In this document: one piece after another, positions 45,401 through 60,700 of the stretch
How the letters are laid out: each line of letters starts with the position of its first letter
How positions within the stretch are numbered: the first letter of the stretch is position 1
From: Eledone cirrhosa
Taxonomy: Eukaryota
Length of the DNA stretch: 64,000 bases
Direction: 5' to 3'
Assembly: GCA_964016885.1 (NCBI GenBank)
Contig: OZ024743.1
Span: 137,268,001-137,332,000, forward strand
Program-made: the position numbers and the translations under genes
The notes under the pieces: model-generated
What the model was told of the DNA's origin: nothing
The model's database searches: none
What the model saw: only the letters and a program-made list of their open reading frames with translations

Positions 45401-48400
45401 AAGCACCAAACACCAAACACCAAGCACCAAGCACCAAACACTAAGCACCAAGCACCAAGCACCTAGCACCAAACACCAAACACCAAGCACCAAGCACCAA
45501 ACACCAAGCACCAATCACCAAGCACCAAACACCAAGCAGCAAGCAGCAAGCACCAAACACCAAATACCAAGCACCAAGCACCAAACACCAAGCACCAAGC
45601 ACCAAACACCTAACACCAAGCACCAAGCACCAAGCACCAAGCACCGAACACCAAGCACCAAACACCAAGCACCAAGCACCAAGCACCAAGCACCAAGCAC
45701 CAAACACCAAGCACCAAGCATCAAGCACCAAACAATAAGAACCAAGCACCAAGCACCAAACACCAAGCACCAAGCACCAAACACCAACCACCCAGCACCA
45801 AGCACCAAGCACCAAACACCAAGCACCAAACACCAAACACCAAACACCAAGCACCAAGCACCAAGCACCAAACACCAAGCACCAAGCACCAAGCACCTAG
45901 CACCAAACACCAAACAGCAAGCACCAAGCACCAAACACCAAGCACCAAACACCAAACCCCAAGCACCAATCACCAAACACTAATCACCAAGGACCAAGCA
46001 CCAAACACCGAGCACCAAACACCAAGCACCAAGCACCAAACATCAAACCCCAAGCACCATAGACCAAGCACCAAGCACCAAGGAACAAACACCAAGCACC
46101 AAGCACCAAGCACCAAACACCAAGCACCAAGCACCAAACACCCAGCACCAAGCACCAAACACCAAACACCAAGCACCAAGCACCAAGCACCAAACACCAA
46201 ACACCAAGCACCAAACACCAAGCACCAAGCACCAAGCACCAAACACCAAACAACAAGCACCAGGCACCAAGCAAAAAACACCAACGACCAAGCACGCAGC
46301 ATCAAACACCAAGCACCAAGCACCAAGCACCAAACACCAAGCACCAAGCACCAAGCACCAAGTACCAAACACCAAGCACCAAACACCAAACACCAAGCAC
46401 CAATCACCAAGCACGAAACACCAGGCACAAAGCACCAAGCACCAAACACCAAACACCAAGCACCAAACACCAGCCACCAAGCACCAAGCACCAAACACCA
46501 AACACCAAGCACTAAGCACCAAACACCAAACAACAAGCACCAGGCACCAAGCACCAAACACCAAACACCAAGCACGCATCACCAAACACCAAGCACCAAG
46601 CACCAAGCACCAAAAACCAAGCACCAAGCACCAAGCACCAAACACCAAACACCAAACACCAAGCACCAAGAACCAAACACCAAACACCAAACAGCAAGCA
46701 CCAAGCACCAAACACCAAGCACCAAACACCAAACCCCAAGCACCAATCACCAAACACTAATCACCAAGCACCAAGCACCAAACACCAAGCACCAAGCACC
46801 AAACACCAAACCCCAAGCACCATAGACCAAGCACCAAGCACCAAGGAACAAACACCAAGCACCAAGCACCAAGCACCAAACACCAAGCACCAAGCACCAA
46901 ACACCCAGCACCAAGCACCAAGCATCAAACACCAAGCACCAAGCACCAAACACCAAACACCAAACACCAAGCACCAAGCACTAAACAGCAAGCACCAAAC
47001 ACCAAACACCAAACAGCAAACACCAAACAGCAAACACCAAACACCAAACAGAAAACAGCAAACGGCAAACACCAAGCACCAAGCACCAAGCACCAAACAC
47101 CAAGCACCAAGCACCAAGCACAAAACACCAAACACCAAGCACCAAGCACCAAGCACCAAGCACCAAACACCAAGCACCAAACACCAAGCACCAAACACCA
47201 AGCACCAAACACCAAACACTAAACACCAAGCACCAAGCACCAAACACCAAGCACCAAACACCAAGCACCAAACACCAAGTCCCACGCACCAAGCAATAAA
47301 ACACCAAGCACCAAGCCCCAAACACCAAACACCAAGCACCAAGCACCAAGCCACTAGCACCAAAAACCAAACACCAAGCACCAAGCACAAAACACCAAGC
47401 ACCAATCACCAAGCACCAAACACCAAGCAGCAAGCAGCAAGCACCAAACACCAAACACCAAGCACCAAGCACCAAATACCAAACACCAAGCACCAAGCAC
47501 CAAGCACCAAACACCAAGCACCAATCACCAAACACCAAGCACCAAGCACCAAACACCAAGCACCAGGCACCAAGCACCAAACACCAAGCAGCAAGCACCA
47601 AACACCAAGCACCAAGACCGAAGCACCAAACACCAAGCACCAAGCACAAAGCACCAAGCACCAAGCACCAAAAACCAAACACCAAGCACCAAGTACCAAA
47701 CAACAAGCACCAAGCACCAAACACCAAGCACCAAGAACCAATCACCAAACACCAAGAACCAAGCACTAAACACCAAGCACCAAGCACCAAGCACCAGGCA
47801 CCAAGCACCAAGCACCAAACACAAAACACCAAGCACCAAGCACCAAGCAGCAGACACCAAGCATCAAACACCAAACACCAAACACCAAGCACCAAACACC
47901 AAGCACTAAGCACCAAACACCAAACACCAAGCACCAAGCACCAAGCACCAAACACCAAACACCAAGCACCAAACACCAGATACCAAGCACCAAGCACCAA
48001 ACACCAAACTCCAAGCACCAAGCACCAAACACCAAACAACAACCACCAGGCACCAAGCACCAAACACCAAACACCAAACACCAAGCACCAAGCACCAAAC
48101 ACCAAACACCAAGCACGCAGCATCAAACACCAAGCACCAAGCACCAAGCACCAAACACCAAGCACCAAGCACCAAACACCAACCACCAAACACAAAGCAC
48201 CAAGCACCAAACACCAAGCACCAAGCACCAAACACCAAGCACCAAGCACCAAACACCAAACCCCAAGCACCAAGCACCAAACACTAATCACCAAGCACCA
48301 AGCACCAAGCACCAAACACCAAGCACCAAGCACCAAGCACCAAACACCAAGCACCAAGCACCAAACACCAAACACCAAGATCCAAAGACCAAGCTACAAG

Positions 48401-48950
48401 CCCCAAGCACCAAGCACCAAAAAATAAGCACCAAGCACCAAACACCAAGCACCAAGCACCAAACACCAACCACCCAGCACCAAGCACCAAGCACCAAACA
48501 CCAAGCACCAAACACCAAACACCAAGCACCAAGCACCAAGCGCCAAGCACCAAACACCAAGCACCAAGCACTAAGCACCAAACACCAAGCCCCAAGCAGC
48601 AAGCACCAAACACCAAACACCAAGCACCAAGCACCAAACACTACGCACCAAGCACCAAGCACCTAGCACCAAACACCAAACACCAAGCACCAAGCACCAA
48701 ACACCAAGCACCAATCACCAAGCACCAAACACCAAGCAGCAAGCAGCAAGCACCAAACACCAAATACCAAGCACCAAGCACCAAACACCAAGCACCAAGG
48801 ACCAAACATCAAACACCAAGCACCAAGCACCAAACACCTAACACCAAGCACCAAGCACCAAGCACCAAGCACCGAACACCAAGCACCAAACACCAAGCAC
48901 CAAACACCAAGCACCAAGCACCAAGCACCAAACACCAAGCACCAAGCACC
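42500..48950 (+). repeat. ~3.2-kb higher-order duplication (about 43.6-45.7 kb vs 46.7-48.9 kb, with overlapping 2961- and 3738-bp offsets upstream)
   Basis: GATCCAAAGACCAAGCTACAAG at 45179/48379 (3200). The 8-bp unit CAATAAAA at ~44115/~47294. CAGCAGA at ~44656/~47848. Confidence 0.85.
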
Positions 48951-51289
48951 AAGCACCAAACACTAAGAACCAAGCACCAAGCACCAAACACCAAGCACCA
49001 AGCACCAAACACCAACCACCCAGCACCAAGCACCAAGCACCAAACACCAAGCACCAAACACCAAACACCAAACACCAAGCACCAAGCACCAAGCACCAAA
49101 CACCAAGCACCAAGCACTAAGCACCAAACACCAAGCCCCAAGCACCAAGTACCAAACACCAAACACCAAGCACCAAGCACCAAACACCAAGCACCAAGAA
49201 CCAAGCACCTAGCACCAAACACCAAACACCAAGCACCAAGCACCAAACACCAAGCACCAATCACCAAGCACCAAACACCAAGCAGCAAGCAGCAAGCACC
49301 AAACACCAAACACCAAGCACCAAGCACCAAACACCAAGCACCAAGGACCAAACATCAAACACCAAGCACCAAGCACCAAACACATAACACCAAGCACCAA
49401 GCACCAGGCACCAAGCACCGATCACCAAGCACATAACACCAAGCACCAAACACCAAGCACCAAGCACCAAACACCAAGCACCAAACACCAAGCACCAAGC
49501 ACCAAGCACCAAACACCAAGCACCAGGCACCAAGCACCAAACACCAAGCACCATGCACCAAGCACCAAGCCCCAAACACTTAACACCAAGCACCAAGCAC
49601 CAAGCACCAAACACCAATCACCAAACACCAAACTCCAAGCACCAAGCACCTAACACCAAACAACAAGCACCAGGCACCAAGCACCAAACACCAAACACCA
49701 AGCACCAAGCACCAAACACCAAACACCAAGCACGCAGCATCAAACACCAAGCACCAAGCACCAAGCACCAAACACCAAGCACCAAGCACCAAACACCAAC
49801 CACCAAACACAAAGCACCAAGCACCAAACACCAAGCACCAAGCACCAAACACCAAGCACCAAGCACCAAACACCAAACCCCCAAGCACCAAGCACCAAAC
49901 ACTAATCACCAAGCACCAAGCACCAAGCACCAAACACCAATCACCAAGCACCAAGCACCAAACACCAAGCACCAAGCACCAAACACCAAACACCAAGATC
50001 CAAAGACCAAGCACCAAGCCCCAAGCACCAAGCACCAAAAAATAAGCACGAAGCACCAAACACCAAGCACCAAGCACCAAACACCAACCACCCAGCACCA
50101 AGCACCAAGCACCAAACACCAAGCACCAAACACCAAACACCAAGCACCAAGCACCAAGCGCCAAGCACCAAACACCAAGCACCAAGCACTAAGCACCAAA
50201 CACCAAGCCCCAAGCAGCAAGCACCAAACACCAAACACCAAGCACCAAGCACCAAACACCAAGCACCAAGCACCAAGCACCTAGCACCAAACACCAAACA
50301 CCAAGCACCAAGCACCAAACACCAAGCACCAATCACCAAGCACCAAACACCAAGTAGCAAGCAGCAAGCACCAAACACCAAACACCAAGCACCAAGCACC
50401 AAACACCAAGCACCAAGCACCAAACATCAAACACCAAGCACCAAGCACCAAACACCTAACACCAAGCACCAAGCACCAAGCACCAAGCACCAAGCACCGA
50501 ACACCAAGCACCAAACACCAAGCACCAAACACCAAGCACCATGCACCAAACACCAAGCACCAAACACCAAGCACCAAGCACCAAGAACCAAACACCAAGC
50601 ACCAAGCACCAAGCACCAAACAATAAGAACCAAGCACCAAGCACCAAACACCAAGCACCAAGCACCAAACACCAACCACCCAGCACCAAGCACCAAGCAC
50701 CAAACACCAAGCACCAAACACCAAACACCAAACACCAAGCACCAAGCACCAAGCACCAAACACCAAGCACCAAGCACTAAGCACCAAACACCATGCCCCA
50801 AGCACCAAGTACCAAACACCAAACACCAAGCACCAAGCACCAAACACCAAGCCCCAAGCACCAAGTACCAAACACCAAACACCAAGCACCAAGCACCAAA
50901 CACCAAGCACCAAGGACCAAACATCAAACACCAAGCACCAAGCACCAAACACATAACACCAAGCACCAAGCACCAAGCACCAAGCACCGAACACCAAGCA
51001 CATAACACCAAGCACCAAGCACCAAGCACCTAGCACCAAACACCAAACACCAAGCACCAAGCACCAAACACCAAGCACCAATCACCAAGCACCAAACACC
51101 AAGCAGCAAGCAGCAAGCACCAAACACCAAACACCAAGCACCAAACACCAAACACCAAGCACCAAGGACCAAACATCAAACACCAAGCACCAAGCACCAA
51201 ACACATAACACCAAGCACCAAGCACCAAGCACCAAGCACCGAACACCAAGCACATAACACCAAGCACCAAACACCAAGCACCAAGCACC

Positions 51290-54200
51290 AAACACCAAGC
51301 ACCAAACACCAAGCACCAAGCACCAAGCACCAAACACCAAGCACCAGGCACCAAGCACCAAGCCCCAAACACTTAACACCAAGCACCAAGCACCAAGCAC
51401 CAAACACCAATCACCAAAAACCAAACACCAAGCACCAAGTACCAAACACCAAGCACCAAGCACCAAACACCAAGCAGCAAGCACCAATCACCAAACACCA
51501 AGAACCAAGCACCAAACACCAAGCACCAAGCACCAAGCACCAGGCACCAAGCACCAAGCACCAAACACAAAACACCAAGCACAAAGCACCAAGCAGCAAA
51601 CACCAAGCATCAAACACCAAACACCAAACACCAAGCACCAAGCACCAAGCAGCAAACAGCAAGCATCAAACACCAAACACCAAACACCAAGCACCAAACA
51701 CCAAGCACCAAGCACCAAACACCAAACACCAAGCACCAAGCACCAAGCACCAAACACCAAACACCAAGCACCAAACACCAAACACCAAGCACCAAGCACC
51801 AAACACCAAACAACAAGCACCAAGCACCAAGCAAAAAACACCAAACACCAAGCACGCAGCATCAAACACCAAGCACCAAGCACCAAGCACCAAACACCAA
51901 GCACCAGGCACCAAGCACCAAGCCCCAAACACTTAACACCAAGCACCAAGCACCAAACACCAATCACCAAAAACCAAACACCAAGCACCAAGTACCAAAC
52001 ACCAAGCACCAAGCACCAAACACCAAGCAGCAAGCACTAATCACCAAACACCAAGAACCAAGCACCAAACACCAAGCACCAAGCACCAAGCACCAGGCAC
52101 CAAGCACCAAGCACCAAACACAAAACACCAAGCACCAAGCACCAAGCAGCAAACACCAAGCATCAAACACCAAACACCAAACACCAAGCACCAAGCACCA
52201 AGCAGCAAACAGCAAGCATCAAACACCAAACACCAAACACCAAGCACCAAACACCAAGCACCAAGCACCAAACACCAAACACCAAGCACCAAGCACCAAG
52301 CACCAAACACCAAACACCAAGCACCAAACACCAAACAACAAGCACCAAGCACCAAGCAAAAAACACCAAACACCAAGCACGCAGCATCAAACACCAAGCA
52401 CCAAGCACCAAGCACCAAACACCAAGCACCAAGCACCAAGCACCAAGTACCAAACACCAAACACCAAGCACCAAACACCAAACACCAAGCACCAATCACC
52501 AAGCACGAAACACCAGGCACCAAGCACCAAGCACCAAACGCCAAACACCAAGCACTAAGCACCAAACACCAAACAAGAAGCACCAGGCACCAAGCACCAA
52601 AAACCAAGCACCAAGCACCAAGCACCAAACACCAGACACCAAACACCAAGCACCAAGAACCAAACACCAAACACCAAACAGCAAGCACCAAGCACCAAAC
52701 ACCAAGCACCAAACACCAAACCCCAAGGACCAATCACCAAACACTAATCACCAAGCACCAAGCACCAAACACCGAGCACCAAACACCAAGCACCAAGCAC
52801 CAAACACCAAACCCCAACCACCATAGACCAAGCACCAAGCACCAAGGAACAAACACCAAGCACCAAGCACCAAGCACCAAACACCCAGCACCAAGCACCA
52901 AGCATCAAACAACAAGCACCAAGCACCAAACACCAAACACCAAACACCAAGCACCAAGCACTAAACAGCAAGCACCAAACACCAAACACCAAACAGCAAA
53001 CACCAAACAGCAAACACCAAACACCAAACACCAAACAGCAAACACCAAACGCCAAACACCAAGCACCAAGCACCAAGCACCAAACACCAAGCACCAAGCT
53101 CCAAGCACAAAACACCAAACACCAAGCACCAAGGACCAAACATCAAACACCAAGCACCAAGCACCAAACACCAAACACCAAGCACCAAACACCAAGCACC
53201 AAACACCAAGCACCAAACACCAAGCACCAAACACCAAACACCAAGCACCAAGCACCAAGCACCAAACACCAAGCACCAAACACCAAGTCCCACGCACCAA
53301 GCACCAAACAACAAGCACCAAGCCCCAAGCACCAAACACCAAGCACCAAGCACCAAGCCCCTAGCACCAAACACCAAACACCAAGCACCAAGCACAAAAC
53401 ACCAAGCACCAATCACCAAGCACCAAACACCAAGCAGCAAGCAGCAAGCACCAAACACCAAACACCAAGCACCAAGCACCAAATACCAAACACCAAGCAC
53501 CAAGGACCAAGCACCAAACACCAAGCACCAAACACCAAGCACCAAGCACCAAGCACCAAACACCAAGCACCAGGCACCAAGCACCAAGCCCCAAACACTT
53601 AACACCAAGCACCAAGCACCAAGCACCAAACACCAATCACCAAAAACCAAACACCAAGCACCAAGTACCAAACACCAAGCACCAAGCACCAAACACCAAG
53701 CAGCAAGCACCAATCACCAAACACCAAGAACCAAGCACCAAACACCAAACACCAAGCACCAAGCACCAGGCACCAAGCACCAAGCACCAAACACAAAACA
53801 CCAAGCACCAAGCACCAAGCAGCAAACACCAAGCATCAAACACCAAACACCAAACACCAAGCACCAAGCACCAAGCAGCAAACAGCAAGCATCAAACACC
53901 AAACACCAAACACCAAGCACCAAACACCAAGCACCAAGCACCAAACACCAAACACCAAGCACCAAGCACCAAGCACCAAACACCAAACACCAAGCACCAA
54001 ACACCAAACACCAAGAACCAAGCACCAAACACCAAACAACAAGCACCAAGCACCAAGCAAAAAACACCAAACACCAAGCACGCAGCATCAAACACCAAGC
54101 ACCAAGCACCAAGCACCAAACACCAAGCACCAGGCACCAAGCACCAAGCCCCAAACACTTAACACCAAGCACCAAGCACCAAACACCAATCACCAAAAAC

Positions 54201-54750
54201 CAAACACCAAGCACCAATTACGAAACACCAAGCACCAAGCACCAAACACCAAGCAGCAAGCACCAATCACCAAACACCAAGAACCAAGCACCAAACACCA
54301 AGCACCAAGCACCAAGCACCAGGCACCAAGCACCAAGCACCAAACACAAAACACCAAGCACCAAGCACCAAGCAGCAAACACCAAGCATCAAACACCAAA
54401 CACCAAACACCAAGCACCAAGCGCCAAGCAGCAAACAGCAAGCATCAAACACCAAACACCAAACACCAAGCACCAAACACCAAGCACCAACACCAAACAC
54501 CAAACACCAAGCACCAAGCACCAAGCACCAAACACCAAACACCAAGCACCAAGCACCAAACACCAAACAACAAGCACCAAGCACCAAGCAAAAAACACCA
54601 AACACCAAGCACGCAGCATCAAACACCAAGCACCAAGCACCAAGCACCAAACACCAAGCACCAAGCACCAAGCACCAAGTACCAAACACCAAACACCAAG
54701 CACCAAACACCAAACACCAAGCACCAATCACCAAGCACGAAACACCAGGC
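51290..54750 (+). repeat. Duplication at a 2226-bp (318-unit) offset, each copy holding an inner 553-bp (79-unit) tandem duplication
   Basis: CCCCAAA-CACTTAA landmarks near 51370, 51930, 53596 and 54156. Track ORF starts 51411, 51964, 53637 and 54190 give offsets of 553 and 2226. Confidence 0.85.
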
Positions 54751-57700
54751 ACCAAGCACCAAGCACCAAGCACCAAGCACCAAACACCAAGTACCAATCA
54801 CCAAACACCAAGCACCAAGCACCAAACACCAAGCACCAGGCACCAAGCACCAAACACCAAGCACCAAGCACCAAACACCAAGCACCAAGACCGAAGCACC
54901 AAACACCAAGCACCGAGCACAAAGCACCAAGCACCAAGCACCAAAAACCAAACACCAAGAACCAAGCACCAAACACCAAGCACCAAGCACCAAGCACCAG
55001 GCACCAAACACCAAACACCAAGCAACAAACACCAGATACCAAGCACCAAGCACCAAACACCAAACTCCAAGCACCAAGCACCAAACACCAAACAACAAGC
55101 ACCAGGCACCAAGCACCAAACACCAAACACCAAGCACCAAGCACCAAACACCAAACACCAAGCACGCAGCATTAAACACCAAGCACCAAGCACCAAGCAC
55201 CAAACACCAAGCACCAAGCACCAAACACCAACCACCAAACACAAAGCACCAAGCATCAAACACCAAGCACCAAGCACCAAACACCAAGCACCAAGTACCA
55301 AACACCAAACCCCAAGCACCAAGCACCAAACACTAATCACCAAGCACCAAGCACCAAACAACAAGCACCAAGCACCAAGCACCAGGCACCAAGCACCAAG
55401 CACCAAACACTAATCACCAAGCACCAAGCACCAAACACCATGCACCAAGCACCAAGCACCAAGCACCAAGCACCAAGCACCAAACACCAAACACCAAGAT
55501 CCAAAGACCAAGCACCAAGCCCCAATCACCAAGCATCAAAAAATAAGCACCAAGCACCAAACACCAAGCACCAAGCACCAAACACCAACCACCCATCACC
55601 AAGCACCAAGCACCAAACACCAAGCACCAAACACCAAACACCAAACACCAAGCACCAAGCACCAAGCGCCAAGCACCAAACACCAAGCACCAAGCACTAA
55701 GCACCAAACACCAAGCCCCAAGCAGCAAGCACCAAACACCAAACACCAAGCACCAAGCACCAAACACCAAGCACCAAGCACCAAGCACCTAGCACCAAAC
55801 ACCAAACACCAAGCACCAAGCACCAAACACCAAGCACCAATCACCAAGCACCAAACACCAAGCAGCAAGCAGCAATCACCAAACACCAAACACCAAGCAC
55901 CAAGCACCAAACACCAAGCACCAAGGACCAAACATCAAACACCAAGCACCAAGCACCAAACACCTAACACCAAGCACCAAGCACCAAGCACCAAGCACCG
56001 AACACCAAGCACATAACACCAAGCACCAAGCACCAAACACCAAGCACCAAGCACCAAGCACCAAGCACCAAACACCAAGCACCAGGCACCAAGCACCAAA
56101 CACCAAGCACCATGCACCAAGCACCAAGCCCCAAACACTTAACACCAAGCACCAAGCACCAAGCACCAAACACCAATCACCAAAAACCAAACACCAAGCA
56201 CCAAGTACCAAACACCAAGCACCAAGCACCAAACACCAAGCAGCAAGCACCAATCACCAAACACCAAGAACCAAGCACCAAACACCAAGCACCAAGCACC
56301 AAGCACCAGGCACCAAGCACCAAGCACCAAACACAAAACACCAAGCACCAAGCACCAAGCAGCAAAAACCAAGCATCAAACACCAAACACCAAACACCAA
56401 GCACCAAGCACCAAGCAGCAAACAGCAAGCATCAAACACCAAACACCAAACACCAAGCACCAAACTCCAAGCACCAAGCACCAAACACCAAACACCAAGC
56501 ACCAAGCACCAAACACCAAACACCAAGCACCAAACACCAAACACCAAGCACCAAGCACCAAACACCAAACAACAAGCACCAAGCACCAAGCAAAAAACAC
56601 CAAACACCAAGCACGCAGCATCAAACACCAAGCACCAAGCACCAAGCACCAAACACCAAGCACCAAGCACCAAGCACCAAGTACCAAACACCAAACACCA
56701 AGCACCAAACACCAAACACCAAGCACCAATCACCAAGCACGAAACACCAGGCACCAAGCACCAAGCACCAAACACCAAACACCAAGCACCAAACACCAGC
56801 CACCAAGCACCAAGCACCAAACACCAAACACCAAGCACTAAGCACCAAACACCAAACAACAAGCACCAGGCACCAAGCACCAAACACCAAACACCAAGCA
56901 CGCATCACCAAACACCAAGCACCCAGCACCAAGCACCAAAAACCAAGCACCAAGCACCAAGCACCAAACACCAAACACCAAGCACCAAGCACCAAGCACC
57001 AAACACCAAACACCAAACACCAAGCACCAAGCACCAAACACCAAGCACCAAACACCAAACCCCAAGCACCAATCACCAAACACTAATCACCAAGCACCAA
57101 GCACCAAACACCGAGCACCAAACACCAAGCACCAAGCACCAAACACCAAACCCCAACCACCATAGACCAAGCACCAAGCACCAAGGAACAAACACCAAGC
57201 ACCAAGCACCAAGCACCAAACACCAAGCACCAAGCACCAAACACCCAGCACCAAGCACCAAGCATCAAACAACAAGCACCAAGCACCAAACACCAAACAC
57301 CAAACACCAAGCACCAAGCACTAAACAGCAAGCACCAAACACCAAACACCAAACAGCAAACACCAAACAGCAAACACCAAACACCAAACTCCAAACAGCA
57401 AACGCCAAACACCAAGCACCAAGCACCAAGCACCAAACACCAAGCACCAAGCTCCAAGCACAAAACACCAAACACCAAGCACCAAGGACCAAACATCAAA
57501 CACCAAGCACCAAGCACCAAACACCAAACACCAAGCACCAAACACCAAGCACCAAACACCAAGCACCAAACACCAAGCACCAAACACCAAACACCAAGCA
57601 CCAAGCACCAAGCACCAAACACCAAGCACCAAACACCAAGTCCCACGCACCAAGCAGCAAACACCAAGCACCAAGCCCCAAGCACCAAACACCAAGCACC

Positions 57701-60700
57701 AAGCACCAAGCCCCTAGCACCAAACACCAAACACCAAGCACCAAGCACAAAACACCAAGCACCAATCACCAAGCACCAAACACCAAGCAGCAAGCAGCAA
57801 GCACCAAACACCAAACACCAAGCACCAAGCACCAAATACCAAACACCAAGCACGAAGGACCAAACATCAAACACCAAGCACCAAGCACCAAACGCCTAAC
57901 ACCAAGCACCAAGCATCAAGCACCAAGCACCAAACACCAAGTACCAATCACCAAACACCAAGCACCAAGCACCAAACACCAAGCACCAGGCACCAAGCAC
58001 CAAACACCAAGCACCAAGCACCAAACACCAAGCACCAAGACCGAAGCACCAAACACCAAGCACCAGGCACAAAGCACCAAGCACCAAGCACCAAAAACCA
58101 AACACCAAGCACCAAGTACCAAACACCAAGCACCAAGCACCAAACACCAAGCACCAAGCACCAATCACCAAACACCAAGAACCAAGCACCAAACACCAAG
58201 CACCAAGCACCAAGCACCAGGCACCAAGCACCAAGCACCAAACACAAAACACCAAGCACCAAGCACCAAGCAGCAAACACCAAGCATCAAACACCAAACA
58301 CCAAACACCAAGCACCAAACACCAAGCACCAAGCACCAAACACCAAACACCAAACACCAAGCACCAAGCACCAAGCACCAAACACCAAATACCAAACACC
58401 AAACACCAGATACCAAGCACCAAGCACCAAACACCAAACTCCAAGCACCAAGCACCAAACACCAAACAACAAGCACCAGGCACCAAGCACCAAACACCAA
58501 ACACCAAGCACCAAGCACCAAGCACCAGGCACCAAGCACCAAGCACCAAACACTAATCACCAAGCACCAAGCACCAAGCACCAAACACCAAGCACCAAGC
58601 ACCAAGCACCAAACACCAAGCACCAAGCACCAAACACCAAACACCAAGATCCAAAGACCAAGCACCAAGCCCCAATCACCAAGCATCAAAAAATAAGCAC
58701 CAAACACCAAGCACCAAGCACCAAACACCAACCACCCAGCACCAAGCACCAAGCACCAAACACCAAGCACCAAACACCAAACACCAAACACCAAGCACCA
58801 AGCACCAAGCGCCAAGCACCAAACACCAAGCACCAAGCACTAAGCACCAAACACTAAGCCCCAAGCAGCAAGCACCAAACACCAAACACCAAGCACCAAG
58901 CACCAAACACCAAGCACCAAGCACCAAGCACCTAGCACCAAACACCAAACACCAAGCACCAAGCACCAAACACGAAGCACCAATCACCAAGCACCAAACA
59001 CCAAGCAGCAAGCAGTAAGCACCAAACACCAAACACCAAGCACCAAGCCCCAAACACCAAGCACCAAAGACCAAACATCAAACACCAAGCACCAAGCACC
59101 AAACACCTAACACCAAGCACCAAGCACCAAGCACCACGCACCGAAAACTAAGCACCAAACACCAAGCACCAAACACCAAGCACCAAGCACCAAACACCAA
59201 GCACCAAACACCAAGCACCAAGCACCAAGCACCAAACACCAAGCACCAGGCACCAAGCACCAAACACCAAGAACCATGCACCAAGCACCAAGCCCCAAAC
59301 ACTTAACACCAAACACCAAGCACCAAGCACCAAACACCAAGCACCAAACACCAAGCACCAAGCACCAAGCACCAAACACCAAGCACCAGGCACCAAGCAC
59401 CAAACACCAAGCACCAAGCACCAAGCACCAAGCACCAAACACCAAGCACCAAACACCAAGCACCAAGCACCAAGCACCAAACACCAAGCACCAGGCACCA
59501 AGCACCAAACACCAAGCACCATGCACCAAGCACCAAGCCCCAAACACTTAACACCAAGCACCAAACACCAAGCACCAAGCACCAAACACCAAGCACCAAA
59601 AACCAAACACCAAGCACCAACTACTAAACACCAAGCACCAAGCACCAAACACCAAGCACCAAGCACCAAACACCAAACACCAAGAACCAAGCACCAAACA
59701 CCAAGCACCAAGGACCAAGCACCAGGCACCAAGCACCAAGCACCAAACACAAAACACCAAGCACCAAGCACCAAGCAGCAAACACCAAGCATCAAACACC
59801 AAACACCAAACATCAAGCACCAAACACCAAGCACCAAGCACCAAACACCAAACACCAAGCACCAAGCACCAAACAACAAGCACCAGGCACCAAACACCAA
59901 ACACCAAACACCAAGCACGCAGCATCAAACACCAAGCACCAAGCACCAAGCACCAAACACCAAACACCAAGCACCAAACACCAGCCACCATGCACCAAGC
60001 ACCAAACACCAAACACCAAGCACTAAGCACCAAACACCAAACAACAAGCACCAAGCACCAAACACCAAACACCAAGCACCAAGAACCAAACACCAAACAC
60101 CAAACAGCAAGCACCAAGCACCAAACACCAAGCACCAAACACCAAACCCCAAGCACCAATCACAAAACACTAATCACCAAGCACCAAGCAACAAACACCG
60201 AGCACCAAGCATCAAGCACCAAACACCAAGCACCAAGCACCAAACACCAAACACCAAGCACCAACGACCAAGCACCAAGCACCAAGGACCAAACACCAAG
60301 CAGCAAGCAGCAAGCACCAAACACCAAACACCAAGCACCAAGCACCAAACACCAAGCACCAAGGACCAAACATCAAACACCAAGCACCAAGCACCAAACA
60401 CCTAACACCAAGCACCAAGCACCAAGCACCAAGCACCGAACACCAAGCACATAACACCAAGCACCAAACACCAAGCACCAAGCACCAAACACCAAGCACC
60501 AAACACCAAGCACCAAGCACCAAGCACCAAACACCAAGCACCATGCACCAAGCACCAAGCCCCAAACACTTAACACCAAGCACCAAGCACCAAGCACCAA
60601 ACACCAATCACCAAAAACCAAACACCAAGCACCAAGTACCAAACACCAAGCACCAAGCACCAAACACCAAGCACCAAGCACCAATCACCAAACACCAAGA

